From NCBI RefSeq assembly GCF_008065095.1, contig NZ_CP042911.1, positions 4,770,001 to 4,802,000 of the forward strand: DNA of 32,000 bases, given 5' to 3'. Each line of letters begins with the position of its first letter. Position 1 is the first letter of the stretch. Below are positions 1 to 7,491 of this stretch, piece by piece. The notes below the pieces were generated by a model. It did not search any database, was not told the DNA's origin, and saw only the letters and a list, made by a program, of their open reading frames with translations. The DNA is from Gemmata obscuriglobus. Lineage in GTDB: Bacteria > Planctomycetota > Planctomycetia > Gemmatales > Gemmataceae. A program made the translations under genes and the position numbers.

Positions 1-2
1 CC

Positions 3-506
3 CCGGTCAAGCTGAAACTGGTCGCCAAAACCGACAAGTACAAGTTCGGCAGCGGCACAGTTCCCGCGGAGTTCAAAAAGTACCTCGAAGAGATTGCGCA
101 GGCCCAGAAGGACGGCAAGCCGGCCCAACCACCCAAACCGCCGGCGGTCGATTTGGTGCTGGAGATCGTCAACACGAGCAAGGACGAGGTGACGATTTAC
201 GTGGGCGGGGACGCCAACACCTGGACCTTCGACCTGACCGGCGGCGACGGCACAGTGAACCTCGGCAGCGGGCTGGCGATGACGCTGGAGTTCCGGCTAC
301 CGAAGGCGGTGACGCTGCCCCCGGGTAAGTCTCACGAGATCCCGGTGAAGCGGTTGTCCGACGGCGCCCGCGGGGCGGGCCGGTACGTGTACTGGACCGG
401 CCCCGGCGAGTACAAACTGAGCGCCAAGTACACGATTTCTGATAAGGACGGTGAGAAGGCCTACGAACTGAAGAGCGAGCCGGTGAAGATCACCGTCGAG
501 AAGTAG
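3..506 (+). CDS. hypothetical protein, 5' end cut by the window edge
   Basis: Frame 3 is open from base 3 (PVKLKLVAKTDKYKF...) and runs into the listed ORF 153..506. Its K/E/D/Y/T-rich composition is coding-like, unlike the R/P/G-rich spurious frames. No family recognised. Confidence 0.6.
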   Translation, partial: PVKLKLVAKTDKYKFGSGTVPAEFKKYLEEIAQAQKDGKPAQPPKPPAVDLVLEIVNTSKDEVTIYVGGDANTWTFDLTGGDGTVNLGSGLAMTLEFRLPKAVTLPPGKSHEIPVKRLSDGARGAGRYVYWTGPGEYKLSAKYTISDKDGEKAYELKSEPVKITVEK

Positions 507-525
507 CCTCGTTAGCACACCGACC

Positions 526-560
526 GGCCCGCGGGACGCTCAGGCAGTGTCCCGCGGGCC
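526..560 (+). terminator. GC-rich hairpin downstream of the first CDS (terminator-like, no clean U-tract)
   Basis: GGCCCGCGGGAC (526-537) pairs perfectly with GTCCCGCGGGCC (549-560) around an 11-nt loop, 20 nt after the stop codon. The following sequence GCATTCATT is only weakly T-rich. Confidence 0.4.
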
Positions 561-613
561 GCATTCATTGACACAAGGGCAAGGGAGACGGTACGGTAAG
601 GTGAGGAGGGAAC

Positions 614-1177
614 ATGAGTACACAAGTGATGCCCTACGCGACCCTCGCGGACCTGATGAAAGTCGAAGGGAAGGCCGAACTCATCAACGGGAGGATCGTG
701 ACCTTCATGCCCAGCGGATTTTTGCCCAGCCGCGTCGCGCGCAAGATTGTTCGCGCTCTTGAGGACTACGCAACGAGTGGCGGTCACGGTGAACCGGTTG
801 CCGACCCGACGGGGTACGCCTTCGACCCTCCATTACCATCGGGTCGTCAATCTCTTTGCCCAGACGCATCGTTTTACACCGGCGCACTTCCCACGAACCC
901 GATGGGGTTCATCGAAGGTTTCCCGGTCTTTGCGGTCGAGGTGCGGAGCGAGAGCGACTACGGCCCGAAGGCCGATCGCGAGTACGCGGACAAACGCGCC
1001 GATTACTTCTCAGCGGGCACGCGGGTGGTCTGGGATGTCGATCCGGTCGCACAGACGGTCACGAGTTACTCCGCCACCGCGCCGACAACATCGACGACGT
1101 TCCGACGCGGAAGCACGGCCGACGCCGAACCTGCGGTACCCGGATGGCGTCTGTCGGTTGACGCGCTATTCACTTGA
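614..1177 (+). CDS. Uma2 family (DUF820) PD-(D/E)XK putative endonuclease
   Basis: 187-aa ORF with ATG at 614 preceded by GGTGAGGAGGG. Typical Uma2 pattern: ELINGRIV..MP near the N-terminus, CPDASFY, FAVEVRSESD. Confidence 0.8.
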   Translation: MSTQVMPYATLADLMKVEGKAELINGRIVTFMPSGFLPSRVARKIVRALEDYATSGGHGEPVADPTGYAFDPPLPSGRQSLCPDASFYTGALPTNPMGFIEGFPVFAVEVRSESDYGPKADREYADKRADYFSAGTRVVWDVDPVAQTVTSYSATAPTTSTTFRRGSTADAEPAVPGWRLSVDALFT

Positions 1178-1201
1178 TTCTTGCCGGAAGTGGTGTAGTT
1201 T
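1174..1201 (+). promoter_or_regulatory. candidate sigma70-type promoter for the leader ORF and cimA transcript
   Basis: TTGATT (1174-1179), 16-nt spacer, TAGTTT (1196-1201). This would start transcription ~20 nt before the leader-ORF start. Hexamer match only. Confidence 0.3.
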
Positions 1202-1228
1202 TACTGCGATCTGAAGAGGAATAGAACT

Positions 1229-1303
1229 GTGTCGAACGTCTCCGCTATCCTGGTTACCGCGAGCGCCGTAATTGGCGCCGTCGTGATTATTACCACCGGG
1301 TAA
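1229..1303 (+). CDS. 24-codon leader peptide MSNVSAILVTASAVIGAVVIITTG (GTG start), candidate attenuation leader
   Basis: GTG at 1229 lies 8 nt after the Shine-Dalgarno-like AAGAGGA (1214-1220); stop TAA at 1301-1303. The peptide has 4 Ile, 5 Val and 3 Thr, with a terminal run GTC GTG ATT ATT ACC ACC. It uses ATT three times plus GTA and GTT, while neighbouring genes appear to favour ATC, GTG and GTC. Too short for the ORF track. Confidence 0.55.
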   Translation: MSNVSAILVTASAVIGAVVIITTG

Positions 1304-1333
1304 GCGGGGTCCGCCGAAGGTTCAGCCTTACGC

Positions 1334-1364
1334 ACCCCGGAGTTCCCTCCGGGGTTTTTCTTTT
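1334..1364 (+). terminator. intrinsic terminator (attenuator) between the leader ORF and cimA
   Basis: ACCCCGGAG (1334-1342), loop TTCC, CTCCGGGGT (1347-1355), then TTTTTCTTTT, 22 nt before the cimA ATG. CGGGGT (1305-1310) plus CG (1312-1313) can instead pair with ACCCCG (1334-1339) plus CG (1331-1332), which excludes the terminator stem. Confidence 0.65.
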
Positions 1365-1385
1365 CTGCACTCTCCCGAGTCCGCC

Positions 1386-2993
1386 ATGAGCCGCGTCAGC
1401 ATCTACGACACCACCCTCCGGGATGGGAGTCAGGGCGAAGGGGTCAACTTCTCGCTCCAGGACAAGCTGCTCCTCACGAAGCGGCTGGACGAGATCGGCG
1501 TGGAGTACATCGAGGGCGGCTACCCGCTCTCCAACCCGAAGGACTTCGAGTACTTCCAGGCGGTGCGCGGGCTGGACCTCAAACACGCCAAGGTCTGTGC
1601 GTTCGGCATGACCCGGCGAAAGAACGCGCCCGCGGAAACCGACACGTGCCTCAAGGCCCTGCTGGACGCGCACACGCCGGTCGTGACGATCGTGGGCAAA
1701 ACGTGGGACTTCCACGTCACGGAGGTGCTCGGCACCACGCTCGACGAGAACTGCGCGATGATCGCGGACTCCGTTCAATACTGCAAAGCGCAGGGCCGGG
1801 AGGTGTTCTACGACGCCGAGCACTTCTTCGACGGCTATCGCGCGAACCCGGAGTACGCACTCCGCACGCTCAAAGCCGCCGCGGGCGCCGGTGCGGCGGC
1901 GGTGATCCTTTGCGACACCAACGGGGGCACCATGCCGGAGCGCGTCGCCGAGGTGGTGGCGATCGTGACGCGGGCGTTGCCGTGTGAGGTCGGCATCCAC
2001 TGTCACAACGACTGTGAACTCGCGGTGGCGAACTCGCTCGCGGCGGTGCGGGCCGGAGCGACCCAGGTGCAGGGCACGATGAACGGCATCGGCGAGCGGT
2101 GCGGGAACGTCGACCTGATTAGCGTGATCGCGAACCTGGCCATGAAGTACAAGTACGACGTGCTCAAGCCCGGGAGCCTGACGCGCCTCACCGAAACGTC
2201 CCGCTACGCCTACGAGTTGGCGAACATGAACGCCCGGAACGGCCAGCCGTTCGTCGGCCATTCGGCGTTCGCCCACAAGGGCGGGATGCACACGCACGCG
2301 GTCGCCAAGGACCCGAGCACCTACGAGCACATCACGCCGGAGGCCGTCGGGAACGAGCGCCGCATCCTGGTGTCGGAACTGTCCGGGCACTCGACGATTC
2401 TGTCGAAGACCGCGAAGTACCAGATGAACCACGACAAGGCACTGACGACCAAGATCCTCCACGCCGTTCAAGATCTGGAGAACGTGGGGTACGAGTTCGA
2501 GGCGGCCGAGGCGTCATTCGACCTGCTCGTGCGGAAGGTGGCGAAGGACCACAAGCCGTGGCAGGTGGACAAGTCGCTGACGCTGTACAAGCCGTGGTTC
2601 GAGCGAATCTCGTACCGGGTCAACATCGAGGCCCGCGCGAACGGCACCCCGATCACGGAGGGGACCGTCCGGCTGAAAGTGGCGGGGGTCGTCGAGCACA
2701 CCGCCAGCGAAGGGGACGGTCCGGTGAACGCGCTCGACGGCGCGCTGCGGAAGGCGCTCGTGCGGTTCTACCCGCGCCTCGAAGAAATGCAGTTGGTGGA
2801 CTACAAGGTGCGGGTGGTGAACCCGAAGGCCGGGACCGCGGCGAAGGTGCGCGTGGTGATCGAATCGCGCGACGGTACCGACGTGTGGGGCACCGTGGGC
2901 GTGAGCGAGAACATCATTGAGGCGAGTTGGCTCGCGCTCTGCGACGCGATCGAGTTCAAGCTGTTCAAGGACGTGGAACGCGACCAAAAGTAA
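1386..2993 (+). CDS. cimA: citramalate synthase (isopropylmalate/homocitrate/citramalate synthase family, CimA-type)
   Basis: 535 aa. N-terminal IYDTTLRDGSQGEGVNFS..DK DRE-TIM aldolase signature, IHCHND metal site and a C-terminal LeuA-type regulatory domain. Length and sequence fit the TIGR00977-like citramalate synthase branch better than classical LeuA. Family assignment is secure; substrate assignment is inference. Confidence 0.85.
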   Translation: MSRVSIYDTTLRDGSQGEGVNFSLQDKLLLTKRLDEIGVEYIEGGYPLSNPKDFEYFQAVRGLDLKHAKVCAFGMTRRKNAPAETDTCLKALLDAHTPVVTIVGKTWDFHVTEVLGTTLDENCAMIADSVQYCKAQGREVFYDAEHFFDGYRANPEYALRTLKAAAGAGAAAVILCDTNGGTMPERVAEVVAIVTRALPCEVGIHCHNDCELAVANSLAAVRAGATQVQGTMNGIGERCGNVDLISVIANLAMKYKYDVLKPGSLTRLTETSRYAYELANMNARNGQPFVGHSAFAHKGGMHTHAVAKDPSTYEHITPEAVGNERRILVSELSGHSTILSKTAKYQMNHDKALTTKILHAVQDLENVGYEFEAAEASFDLLVRKVAKDHKPWQVDKSLTLYKPWFERISYRVNIEARANGTPITEGTVRLKVAGVVEHTASEGDGPVNALDGALRKALVRFYPRLEEMQLVDYKVRVVNPKAGTAAKVRVVIESRDGTDVWGTVGVSENIIEASWLALCDAIEFKLFKDVERDQK

Positions 2994-3017
2994 ACTGTCG
3001 GGAGGTCGCACGGGGTT

Positions 3018-3131
3018 CCCGCCCTGTGCTACGTCCGGCGACCCCTCCGGGGTGCAACCGTATTGAGCGTATCCCCTAATTGCCCGCCCCGGAGGGGCCG
3101 GCGAGCGTAGCACAGGGCACCCGCCCTGTGC
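3018..3131. repeat. composite GC-rich palindromic element in the cimA-valS spacer
   Basis: GCCCTGTGCTACG (3021-3033) pairs with CGTAGCACAGGGC (3106-3118), and CCCCTCCGGGG (3042-3052) pairs with CCCCGGAGGGG (3087-3097). A second small hairpin, CACAGGGC (3111-3118) with GCCCTGTG (3123-3130), competes for the same bases. Direct repeat CCCGCCCTGTGC at 3018 and 3120. Confidence 0.6.
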
Positions 3132-3155
3132 GCCAAAGGCTGTAGGTAAAGTAAT

Positions 3156-6100
3156 ATGGCGACCGAACTTCCGAAGGCATACGACTCCAAGGCCGCTCAG
3201 GAGAAATGGCTCACCTTCTGGGAAGGCAAAGGCTTCTTCCACAGCGAGCCGGACCCGGAAAAGAAGAAATACCCCAACGGGCCGTACACGATCGTCATCC
3301 CGCCGCCGAACGTGACGGGCGCGCTGCACATGGGGCACGCGCTCAACAACACGCTTCAGGACGTGCTGATCCGCTGGAAGCGGATGCAGGGCTTCAACGC
3401 CCTCTGGATGCCCGGCACCGACCACGCCGGCATCGCCACGCAGTCCGTGGTGGAGCGGCTCGTCCTCGCTCAGGAGAAAAAGACCCGTCATGACCTGGGC
3501 CGCGACGAACTTGTGAAACGCATCTGGGAGTGGAAGGACAAGTACGAGGCCCGCATTCTCGGCCAGCTCCGCGAGATCGGCGCGAGCTGCGACTGGAAGC
3601 GCACGCGCTTCACGCTGGACCCAGTGTGCGCCCGCGCGGTGCGCGAGACGTTCTTCCGGATGTTCCGCGACGGGTACATCTACCGCGGCAAGCGGCTGGT
3701 GAACTGGGACACGCACCTGCAAACGTCCGTGGCTGACGACGAAACCTACACCGAGGACACCAAGAGCGGGTTCTGGACGTTCAAGTATCCCGTGGACGGG
3801 ATGCCCGACACGTTCATCTCGTTCAGCACCACACGCCCCGAAACGATGCTGGGCGATACGGCCGTGTGCGTGCATCCCAACGACGAGCGGTACAAAGCGC
3901 TCGTGGGCAAGTCCGTGGTGCAACCGCACACAGGGCGGAAGATCCCCATTATCGCCGACGGCCAACTCGCCGACCCCGAGCTGGGAACCGGGTGCGTGAA
4001 GGTGACCCCAGCGCACGACCCGAACGACTACGCCTGCTGGCAACGGCACCCAGAAATTGGAATCATCAACATCCTGAACCCTGACGGCACCATCAACGAG
4101 GCCGGCGGCGAGTACAAGGGCCTGGACCGGTATAAGGCCCGCGAGGCCGTGACCGAGAAGATGAAGGAACTCGGGCTGTACGTGGACAAGTCCGAGCGGA
4201 TCGTGCCGATGCCGTTCAGCGATCGGAGCAAGACCCCGATCGAACCGTTCCTGTCGGACCAGTGGTTCGTGAAGATGTCCGACCGCGAGGACGGCAAGCC
4301 CGGCCTCGCACAGATGTCGATGGACGCCGTGGCCTCCGGGAAGGTGAAGTTCTTCCCCGAGCGCTACGCGCGGTCGTACCTCGACTGGCTCGGCGAGAAG
4401 CGCGACTGGTGCATCAGCCGCCAACTGTGGTGGGGGCACCGCATCCCGGTGTGGAGTAAAGAGTTTCCCGCTGAGCAAGACTATGCAGCGATGCGCAAGA
4501 TTATCTCAGAACAATTGAGAAAACTTGACCCCAAGGCGTCTGAGGCAGAAATCGCAGCAAACGTGGAACGGATGCGAGGCCCACATGAACAACAATGGGC
4601 AGCAACCGGCGCGGAGGGCTTCTCGCTCTATAATGGGCGAGGGTTTTCGCGCTCCAACCGCAGTGGTGACGGATCAAAAATCACGCAGTACATCTGCATT
4701 CAAAGCCCCGATCAGGAAACAGAACGGGACTTGGAGCAGCAGGGATACACGCAGTCTGAAGACGTGCTCGACACGTGGTTCTCATCCGCGCTCTGGCCGC
4801 ACAGCACGCTCGGCTGGCCCGGTCCCGCATTGCCCGAGGAGCGTGCCGACCGCACCGCGCCCGACTGGGAGCGCGACCGCTACTACTACCCCACGAGCAC
4901 GCTCGTGACGAGCCGCGACATCATCACGCTGTGGGTGGCGCGGATGGTGCTGACGGGGCTCTACAACCTGAACGAGATCCCGTTCCGTCACGTGTACATC
5001 ACGCCAAAGGTGCTCGACGGGTTCGGCGAGGGGATGAGCAAGTCGAAGGGTAACGGGGTGGACCCGCTCGACATCATTGAGCTTTATGGCACCGACGCCA
5101 TGCGCTACGGCATGGTGAAGCTCGCCACCGAGACGCAGGACGCCAAGCTCCCGGTGTCCAACATCTGCCCGCACTGCGGGAAGGATGTGGCGGTGAAGCA
5201 AGAGCACATGTACATGCGGACCAAGAAGCTCACTTGCCCCGAATGCAAGAAGGAGTTCCGCCCCGGCGGCCCGTGGCCGACGGACGACCCCGACCGCCCC
5301 ACCGCGAAGCAGGGCTCCGACCGGTTCGAGGAGGGCCGCAACTTCGCCAACAAGATGTGGAACGCGACGCGGTTCCTCCTCATGAACCTCGAAGGGTACG
5401 CGGCCGGACCGGTGAACATCGCGGAACTTCCCACCGAAGACCGCTGGCTGCTGTCGCGGCTCGCGACCACCACGAAGGCCGTGACCGCGGCCCTCGACGG
5501 TTACAAGTTCAGCGACGTGGCGCGGCTGCTCTACGACTTCGTGTGGAGCGAGTTCTGCGACTGGTACATCGAGATGTCGAAGGGGCGACTCAAGGACGCC
5601 GCCGCGCGCCCCACCGCGCAGCGGGTGCTCGCCGGGGTGCTCGACGGCATTATGCGGCTGGTGCATCCGCTCATGCCGTTCGTGTCGGAATCGCTGTGGC
5701 AGGCGCTGAACGAAACGGCCCCCGAGCGTGGGCTCCCCTCCCCCGCCAAGGCCGAGGAGAGTGCGGCGATTGCCGCGTGGCCGTCGTACCCCGACGCCTG
5801 GATCAGCGCCGACGTGGAAGCACGTTTCGCCCGGATGCAGGAGTTGGTGCGCGGGGTGCGCGAGATCCGCAACCGCTACCAGGTGGACGACAAGACGAAG
5901 CTCGACGTGGCCGTGAAGTGCTCCGCGGCCGTGGCCGCCGAGTTCAACGCCCTGGCCGCGTTCATCGGGCCGCTGGCGGGAATCGCGACCCTCACCGCCG
6001 GCCCCGACACCGCCAAGCCCAAACAGGCGGGCGGGTTGGTGAAGCCGGACTTCGAGGCGTATGTGTCGCTCGCGGGGCTGATCGACGCCGCCGCCGAGAT

Positions 6101-6290
6101 GAAGCGGCTCGAAAAGCAGATCGCCGACAAGCGGAAGGCGCTCGACGGCACACGGGCGAAACTCGCCAACGAGAAGTTCGTGAACAGCGCCCCGGCCGAG
6201 GTGGTGCAGCAGCAGCGCGACCTGCTCGCCGACATTGAGAAGCAGATCGCAACCTTGGAGGAGAACCTCAAGGATTTGCAGAGCGCGTGA
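3156..6290 (+). CDS. valS: valine--tRNA ligase
   Basis: 1044 aa. HIGH-type motif PPPNVTGALHMGHA, KMSKS-type GMSKSKGN, WCISRQLWWGHRIP, EDVLDTWFSS, RNFANKMWNA and a C-terminal coiled coil. Confidence 0.97.
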   Translation: MATELPKAYDSKAAQEKWLTFWEGKGFFHSEPDPEKKKYPNGPYTIVIPPPNVTGALHMGHALNNTLQDVLIRWKRMQGFNALWMPGTDHAGIATQSVVERLVLAQEKKTRHDLGRDELVKRIWEWKDKYEARILGQLREIGASCDWKRTRFTLDPVCARAVRETFFRMFRDGYIYRGKRLVNWDTHLQTSVADDETYTEDTKSGFWTFKYPVDGMPDTFISFSTTRPETMLGDTAVCVHPNDERYKALVGKSVVQPHTGRKIPIIADGQLADPELGTGCVKVTPAHDPNDYACWQRHPEIGIINILNPDGTINEAGGEYKGLDRYKAREAVTEKMKELGLYVDKSERIVPMPFSDRSKTPIEPFLSDQWFVKMSDREDGKPGLAQMSMDAVASGKVKFFPERYARSYLDWLGEKRDWCISRQLWWGHRIPVWSKEFPAEQDYAAMRKIISEQLRKLDPKASEAEIAANVERMRGPHEQQWAATGAEGFSLYNGRGFSRSNRSGDGSKITQYICIQSPDQETERDLEQQGYTQSEDVLDTWFSSALWPHSTLGWPGPALPEERADRTAPDWERDRYYYPTSTLVTSRDIITLWVARMVLTGLYNLNEIPFRHVYITPKVLDGFGEGMSKSKGNGVDPLDIIELYGTDAMRYGMVKLATETQDAKLPVSNICPHCGKDVAVKQEHMYMRTKKLTCPECKKEFRPGGPWPTDDPDRPTAKQGSDRFEEGRNFANKMWNATRFLLMNLEGYAAGPVNIAELPTEDRWLLSRLATTTKAVTAALDGYKFSDVARLLYDFVWSEFCDWYIEMSKGRLKDAAARPTAQRVLAGVLDGIMRLVHPLMPFVSESLWQALNETAPERGLPSPAKAEESAAIAAWPSYPDAWISADVEARFARMQELVRGVREIRNRYQVDDKTKLDVAVKCSAAVAAEFNALAAFIGPLAGIATLTAGPDTAKPKQAGGLVKPDFEAYVSLAGLIDAAAEMKRLEKQIADKRKALDGTRAKLANEKFVNSAPAEVVQQQRDLLADIEKQIATLEENLKDLQSA

Positions 6291-6364
6291 AATTGACCGC
6301 CGCAGTGCGTCCGCTGGTCACAACCGGCGGGCCGCTTTTAACACACGTACTTGGCAATACGGCC

Positions 6365-6443
6365 GCTATCTTGACGAGCCGCGACCGCCAGGGAGCGGGA
6401 TCCGTGGCCCCGCTCCCTGGCGGTCGCGGCTCGTCAAGATAGC
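6365..6443. repeat. 35-bp-stem perfect palindrome (bidirectional terminator-like or REP/MITE-like element)
   Basis: Bases 6365-6399 are the exact reverse complement of 6409-6443, with a 9-nt loop ATCCGTGGC. It lies between the convergent valS and truB genes. No U-tract on either strand. Confidence 0.8.
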
Positions 6444-6511
6444 AACACCGCAGATAGGTTCATGTATCACACACGTACCCGTCTGGTTGTGTCTGACTTG
6501 ATTTTGTCTTC

Positions 6512-6575
6512 GTGGCACAGACATTCCTGTCTGTGCATCCTTATCGCGCTGCACAGACAGGAATGTCTGTGCCAC
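6512..6575. repeat. 26-bp-stem perfect palindrome built from four alternating copies of GCACAGAC/GTCTGTGC
   Basis: 6512-6537 is the reverse complement of 6550-6575. Each arm is itself an 8-6-8 hairpin: GCACAGAC ATTCCT GTCTGTGC at 6515-6536 and GCACAGAC AGGAAT GTCTGTGC at 6551-6572. Confidence 0.8.
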
Positions 6576-6605
6576 AAGAGACAGAAACCACAAGCGGGCC
6601 GCAAA

Positions 6606-7490
6606 TCAGGACGGTAGCACTAGGGTCGGCTTGACGAACCCGTTGGGCAACACGGCGCCGATCCCAATTACTTCCTGAAATCCGTCGATTACCACAACTT
6701 CCTCACCCGGCTGTGGCGAAGCCTCGCCCGCGGTCGCAACCGTCTGTCCCTGACGAAACCGGGTCACCACTTCCGCGGAGATGCGCACGGCCGGGAGCGT
6801 CGAGAGCGCCGACGACATCGGCATGAGGTGCTTGCCGACTTCGCCGGGGTCGAGGTCGAGTGTGACGGCGTCTTCCGCGAGGTAGCACCCGACACGGGCG
6901 CGCCGCAGCGTTTGCACCATCCCACCGCACCCCAGAGCCGCCCCCAGATCGCGTGCGATGGAGCGGATGTACGTCCCCTTGCCGCAATCCACTTCCACGT
7001 CGGCGAACGGCCAGTCGTAACCCGTTAAGCGAACGGCGTCGATGCGCACCGGCCGCGGCGCCAGCGTCACCTCTTTTCCCTGGCGAACGAGGTCGTGCGC
7101 GCGCCGCCCGTCCACCTTCAACGCCGACACCGCGGGCGGCAACTGCTCGATCACCCCCACGAAGCGCTGGAGCGAGGCCTCCACCGCCTCGCCGGTCGGC
7201 GGCACCGCACCGGGCGTGTCGGTCACGGTACCGTCGGCGTCGTCGCTGGTGCTGGTGGCGCCGAGCCGGAACCGCGAGGCGTAGGTCTTCCCCATCGCCT
7301 GAACGTAATCGGCCAGCCGGGTCGCCGCCCCGACGCACACCACCAGCACGCCCGTGGCGAGCGGGTCGAGTGTGCCCGTGTGCCCGATCTTCGTTTTCTT
7401 GGGGAACCACCGCTGCACCCGGTTCACCGCGTCGCGCGAGGTCATCCCGCCGGGCTTGTCGATCACTAAAAGGCCGTTCATCGCGTCCAA
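6606..7490 (-). CDS. truB: tRNA pseudouridine(55) synthase TruB
   Basis: 294 aa. LLVIDKPGGMTSRD and the catalytic-Asp motif GHTGTLDPLATGVL. The start could instead be the Met 3 codons downstream. Confidence 0.95.
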   Translation of the reverse strand: MDAMNGLLVIDKPGGMTSRDAVNRVQRWFPKKTKIGHTGTLDPLATGVLVVCVGAATRLADYVQAMGKTYASRFRLGATSTSDDADGTVTDTPGAVPPTGEAVEASLQRFVGVIEQLPPAVSALKVDGRRAHDLVRQGKEVTLAPRPVRIDAVRLTGYDWPFADVEVDCGKGTYIRSIARDLGAALGCGGMVQTLRRARVGCYLAEDAVTLDLDPGEVGKHLMPMSSALSTLPAVRISAEVVTRFRQGQTVATAGEASPQPGEEVVVIDGFQEVIGIGAVLPNGFVKPTLVLPS

Positions 7491-7491
7491 C

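Noticed and set aside
2994-3155. T-box or other known riboswitch upstream of valS
   Set aside because: The spacer is too short (~160 nt). It lacks a recognisable specifier loop or T-box sequence and has no terminator with a U-tract before valS.
1290-6290. Long ORFs antisense to or out of frame with cimA and valS (e.g. 1290..2471 -, 2514..4478 - of 654 aa, 4782..5666 -, 5234..6238 +)
   Set aside because: Their translations are extremely R/G/P/H/A-rich and lack motifs. They overlap genes with unambiguous family signatures. They are typical stop-codon-poor artefacts of high-GC DNA.
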